NCBI GenBank assembly: GCA_946965045.2
Contig: OX337239.1
Coordinates: 3,100,001 to 3,164,000, forward strand
Reading direction: 5' to 3'
Length of the DNA stretch: 64,000 nucleotides
Origin: Epithemia pelagica
Taxonomy: Eukaryota > Protista > Bacillariophyta
Positions 58,693 to 64,000 of the stretch are shown here, one piece after another. The notes beneath the pieces were generated by a model, which was not told where the DNA came from, did not search any database, and saw only the letters and a list, made by a program, of their open reading frames with translations. Every line of letters begins with the position of its first letter. Within the stretch, counting starts at the first letter, position 1. The position numbers were made by a program, and so were the translations under genes.

Positions 58693-61512
58693 AGGACAGG
58701 ATGAGACACAGAAGTTTTGTCCTTTAACGGTCGTCTTGTTTTCTACATTCAATTGGAATCCTAGTAACTAATGGTAACTCATAAGTAGACAGAACATGTT
58801 GCCAGAGATAGAAGGTAGTCTGATGCGATTGCAGCATTGTAGATTGCACTTACTGGTGTCTTTGTTTGCTTGTTCTTGTCCACAACGTAGGGTTCCATTG
58901 TGCCTTGTTTCTTTCGTTTGTGTTTCTGCTATGAAACTTTTGCTGCGAACCGCGACCTTTCGTAGACCTGCTGGTTAATCCTATCGCCTATCCATGCCGT
59001 GTTCTGGCTGCGCCGCCGTGCCACTTGTCTTGGGTGGTGGGACACTTGTCTTGGTTTTTGTGCCGAATCAGCAATCGACCTTGGAGTATCGTTTTGATGA
59101 GCATCGAGCAGTCACAGTACGCAAAGCAACAACAGTACCATCACTGTTGGACGAATACTCTCACGGCCATTGTACATGCGAACGAATTATGCAGCAGTAG
59201 AGTAGAGTCCACAAGGAAGAAAATGTGAATCACGTCATGGCCGTTTTGGAATCATTGTCGCTGACACCACATGATATGAATCCTACAAAGACGATTCGAC
59301 AGAGGACGATCCACGGACAACTATCCACACAACGTTGAAGAAAGAGAGATTCGTGGTTTCAGAATAAGAGATTGAATCGAGACTTGGTCCACGCGTTCAT
59401 TGGCCGTCATCAACATCCGCTGTTGCAGTTGAAGCTAGTACGGAATGTCGATAGGCCGGTACACACCAACCCGCCATTCCGACTACAACAACGGTTCCAT
59501 GGTTTCGCGAAGTAACCGATGCAGAACGGAGTATATGGCTCTTCCTTGTCTATGACTGATGAGACACCATTGTCGGCCATTTCCTTGTTGTTGCAAAAAT
59601 CGAGCGGGCTCTCCTGTTTGTTGTGAATGCCGTAATGCCTGGTAAATCGAGTGAGCCACCGCACCATGTGCCGTTCACAGGAGCGTTATGGGTGTTGACA
59701 AAGTCTTTTGACCGTGTCGATTCAAATGACAAAATTCAAAATTGCCACAATGACCCTTGTGCATCAAATCCTTGACAAGGCCCGAATAGTGCGATTCACT
59801 CAACCGGTTCGCAATGTTGAGTTGCCCACATACACTGATGCGCCGCGAGTAAAATCCCACATCGACCAACGAAGCAATCGCAGTGGCACGGCTCCAGAAT
59901 TCAGAACGGCAACGGAACGGAGCAACCACCATCCACCACAGTGTCCCATCGGAATGACTTCCCATCAAGAGTTGTCGCATCTTTTTGCGCATATTTGCTG
60001 TCAGTAGAGTGGAGCGATTCGAACTTGAGGGTCCATACAAAACCTCTCGCGAATGACTTGCGCTCCTTGATCTGTGACTTGAGTGTTGATCAATCTTGGC
60101 AACCGCAATTCAATTGCCACGGATTGGACGAGGCCAATTGATGGTTGTTGTTATCTATCATCGTTTCCGGAAGAGACATGTGGGTCAAACTGTTCGATGA
60201 GAGGTCAAGTCGTCCTCGTCATCGCCGTCATCGTCGTCGATGTATAATGGAGCGCTGTCCCCAAAACGTGGGTGGGGATCCGGGTCGCATATGTGGGTCT
60301 GCTTTTGGTCTTGAAACTACTCATTCACTAATCCTCATGACCCAGCCCCCTGGGTCGACGTCGACGTCCTGCACCCACAATTTTGATGACAGTAGGAAAT
60401 ATTTCAAACGCTAGGATTGTTCCGTGGCGTCGACGACAATGAACGATGTCGACTGTGTGGGCAATCCACCAAAATCAGAACATGTGCACTGCGCAACTTT
60501 TCACAGCATTCGTATTACCGCCACACATCATGGATGCCATGACTTTGGACGCTTGTCCGTCTCAACCCGCCGATGCCGTGTAGTACTGTCCAATCATTCA
60601 AACAACAACTTCCTTCCCAGAGGATTCGCAAGCCTACCCATGTCTCCATCCACGGCCTGTGGGCAGTTTCGTTTCATCTCGTCGACTCGGTATGCGTAAG
60701 GAACCAACAACCAGACAGACTGGAGCCTTCATTGCATGGTTGTATATTCAACAACAACAACAACAACACATCACCTTCATCACTGTTACGGTCATTCTCC
60801 GTTGACGCTTCAAGGCCTGCTGCAACTGGATTGTCCTTTTTTGTCATCCTTCTTCTTGTTCGGTGCTACTAGAAGGACTCTTCTAGTCTCCCACTTTTGG
60901 TCCGCAAAGCCACATGGTGGCCAACTCTTCTTGATGGCACCCAGCAACAAATTGCTGTTCTATTACTAGAGGGGATTGGAAACAAACCTTGGTTGCAGGC
61001 AATAGGCATCCAGCCATTGGTGTTGTGCAAAGCGAGAAGATGGCGGAGGAGCACGCACATGCCCTATTGTTGTAATAAGCTAGTTCCCAAGGGCGTTTGG
61101 CAGGGCTCGGACAAGAGCGACGTATTGCTGGGGTTCTTTGCGAGAGGTACCACGAAACACCGTGTACTACTAGGACGACGCGTCCCGAAACTTACATGGC
61201 GACGAAACTGACCTGTGCCAGTACCACCACGACAACGACAGGTACCCGTTATGCTGGACTCTGACCATTGACCAGCAGCACTAGCAGGATGGAACAACAC
61301 GAGCAGTGACAACCACAACAGGTTGGTCGAAGCAACGGTCACGATTTGTATCGTGACAAAAGCTCCTACCTCTCTTTGGTCCATCCATTTCGTCAAGTCA
61401 GTCGTGGTTCCAGTCCGCACCCATCAAAATCACATGAGCAAAGCAAAACCACTAACCACTTACAAGACAGGGTCTCGATCCCCATAAATTCTGCAGTCAA
61501 ACCTTTGGAACC

Positions 61513-62607
61513 ATGAGCATGGCACTGAAAGAACAAGCATGGCAGTCGGGCCTTGTCCTTTTGGACGAGACAGCAAAATGGAATGAAGACGACTGGCCTC
61601 CTTTCGAGGGCGGAAGGCGAGAGGATCACGCGACGGTTGTACTTGATCATCCCGTTATGACTGACAATAACAACGACAAGGCACAAACAGTCGTGGTGAT
61701 GGGAGGATGCAAGAAAGGCTGGAATACTACCAATTCCGTTCTTGTACTGAATTTAGCAGCGCCGGAGAAGCACTGGCGAGAAGGGCCATCAATGAGCAAG
61801 GCACGTGATGGACATGCTGCTGTGGTGTGCAATGGAGGCGTCTACGTAATGGGAGGATACTCTGAAAGTTCATGTTTAAATTGTATCGAACGAATTGACA
61901 TGAAGGATTTGCTGCAATCATCGTTGACACCCAGCACTATGCATGAGAGTCATTGGACGACATTGACATGTCGCTTATCAATGGGACGAAAAGGATGTTG
62001 TGCTGTTGCGGTTCACAATCGATACATAGTTGTAATGGGTGGCTATTCCAACCATCGCCATTTGTCGTCAGTGGATATTATTGATACAAGGAACCACACT
62101 GTCACTGCGGGACCAAGCATGACTGTTCCACGACGATGGTGTGCCAGTGCGGTTATTGGTCACCGCATCTTTGTCGTTGGAGGCCAAAACAGTGACGATG
62201 AACTTGATTCCGTGGAATATTTGGACTTTGCAGAGGAGAGGCAAAACGACACTTTGTCTACAGTCATTTCCTTCTCATCCAGTTGGATCACCCATTCTGA
62301 TTTGGTGCTTCCGAACCCTCGAGCTTATTGTGCAATGGTTGCCGTGGGATCTTGTCTTATTGTGGCCGGAGGAAGCCGTCAAACCGTGGGAGTGTTGGAT
62401 ACGCACCGCAACCGCGTTTGGAATCTCCCATCACTCGGAAATGACCGCTTTGACTGCACTATGGTGGCTGTTGCCAATGAAGTTGCCGTGATTGGTGGTG
62501 GATTCAATCCTACCTGTGCGACATTACCACTACTGGACAAGAATGCGTGGTGTTTTCGTTGTCTCTGTGAACAGCAGCCCAACGGACGGTATCAGCTTCT
62601 GGATTGA
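61513..62607 (+). CDS. Kelch-repeat protein, copy K11
   Basis: 364-aa open six-blade paralog. Confidence 0.9.
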   Translation: MSMALKEQAWQSGLVLLDETAKWNEDDWPPFEGGRREDHATVVLDHPVMTDNNNDKAQTVVVMGGCKKGWNTTNSVLVLNLAAPEKHWREGPSMSKARDGHAAVVCNGGVYVMGGYSESSCLNCIERIDMKDLLQSSLTPSTMHESHWTTLTCRLSMGRKGCCAVAVHNRYIVVMGGYSNHRHLSSVDIIDTRNHTVTAGPSMTVPRRWCASAVIGHRIFVVGGQNSDDELDSVEYLDFAEERQNDTLSTVISFSSSWITHSDLVLPNPRAYCAMVAVGSCLIVAGGSRQTVGVLDTHRNRVWNLPSLGNDRFDCTMVAVANEVAVIGGGFNPTCATLPLLDKNAWCFRCLCEQQPNGRYQLLD

Positions 62608-64000
62608 ATGGATATTCGACATGTTCATATTTCACCCTTCTCCACCTCTCATAAACGAGCAAGGCCCGATACACGTCATGGTGATGAAGGCAACGATGAA
62701 ACTTGAAGTGGGCATCATGTTGCGTTAATGTCCTAACATTGGTAAAACTATCAAATAATCCTTTTGATTTCAAAAAGTTTTCTTAGTGTCTGCTACCTGT
62801 GGAATTATCATGTGAGTCCTTATAGTAGAAATGAAATCATAAATCATGTGCAGAAATGAAATCATAAATCATGTCAATGGCGTGTCCGGGAGAACGAGAC
62901 TGTTCCGACACGACAAAACACTGTCATGGATTATGCAGAGTTTTGCTCTGTGTTGAGTGCTAGTGTCATATTCTTGAGTCCTTTGGCAGTCCCTGAAGTT
63001 TTTCTCCGTGACAAGTCAAACTCCCTCGCACCATCCGTTTCCATCCTCGGAATGCATAATCTCCTTGTCCACATGACACGTAGACACTCTCGTGACTGGA
63101 GGCAGACCGAGACGCGCTATGCTCGGAGCTACCTTGATCTAACCAAACATCAATGACAGTAAGCGTTTGCTGTGGCTATACGGTTGATTGTTTTCTTGCA
63201 TTGAGGAGAAAGTGGTGGTCGGAACAGGGGTCGATGGTTTGGACGTCAATGGCAAAAAGGGTTTTGGGTAAGTAAAAGTCTGGGTAACCTTATGGTGTGG
63301 GACTGCCTGAACAACCAGTATGTTCCCGAGCGAGTGGAATTCAACACCAACCAAGAATCGGACATGTGTAGCATGGTCAAAAGGTATGGTGAGAATTCTC
63401 AGTCAGTACCCCAAACCGCGCGGTGGAACCTGACCACTTCGACTACGCAATGTGTGATATTGTCCATCTTGCTTCTGGGGCGACGTAGCATGTAGCATCC
63501 CAATTCCCGAGTGTCGCAAGGTCTTCAATGGCATTCAATCGAGCCACAATGCGCGGCGACTATATAGCAAACTCTCCAGGGTTTGAAAGTCGCTGTTGGC
63601 ATCAAGTTGTAGATGGGACTGATCGAATCCTTTCGATATTCGCACATGAGCGTGTGGAAGCGGCGAGCACCATATGCATCCAAACATGCAGCGTCGTCTT
63701 GGAAGACACGATCAATGGTTGAAAGAGATACCGACAAAGAAGAACCAAGGTCACGCCCGTCCAACGAGCAAGGGTAGCTTGAGAGGTCACCACTGAATTA
63801 CCGCTCCGACCACGACAACCCCACAGTGAATTGCAAACAACAGCAACAAGACAATGATGAAGATAATGACGATGATACCAGACAGTGGTGTTTGGCTGCA
63901 TCGTTTGGTTCCATTTCATTCCAGACTCCAGACAGTGTGTTGTTTGATTTCTGGTTGTTGGTTCGTGGTTAGCCCAACGAGACGACACTGCGTCACATCC

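Noticed and set aside
59400-61200. Short ORFs between K10 and K11
   Set aside because: All under 125 aa, on both strands, with no motifs.

Overview
Eukaryotic nuclear DNA, most likely a diatom. The inference rests on two CoDi-type Ty1/copia elements, mostly intronless genes and one GT-AG intron; the species cannot be determined from the sequence. The window holds a same-strand tandem array of 11 paralogous six-bladed kelch beta-propeller genes of about 360-410 aa. Eight are open (one of them prematurely stopped in the tail), two are frameshifted and one is 5'-truncated. The blade frameworks are conserved, the top-face loops are hypervariable, and the copies look like segmental mosaics of one another. 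Inside the array, on the opposite strand, is a large soluble LRR-TIR gene with one predicted intron, Trp-substituted LRRs and a Glu at the catalytic TIR position. The array carries several mobile elements: (i) a MULE-like non-autonomous TIR element (10-bp TSD) containing a young full-length CoDi retrotransposon whose gag and pol are in frame across a single UGA; (ii) a young non-autonomous LTR element with a decayed but open gag-pol ORF; (iii) a small TIR-bounded insert with a tyrosine-recombinase fragment next to an unusual palindrome; (iv) a DNA transposon-like region with a transposase and a convergent cargo ORF, each broken by one in-frame stop. Both LTR elements have primer-binding sites that match tRNA anticodon arms (Ile-GAU-like and Asn-GUU) rather than tRNA 3' ends. 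The leading hypothesis is a diversifying recognition locus (kelch array plus LRR-TIR) resembling innate immunity or non-self recognition. All domain calls come from reading motifs by eye; no database search was run.
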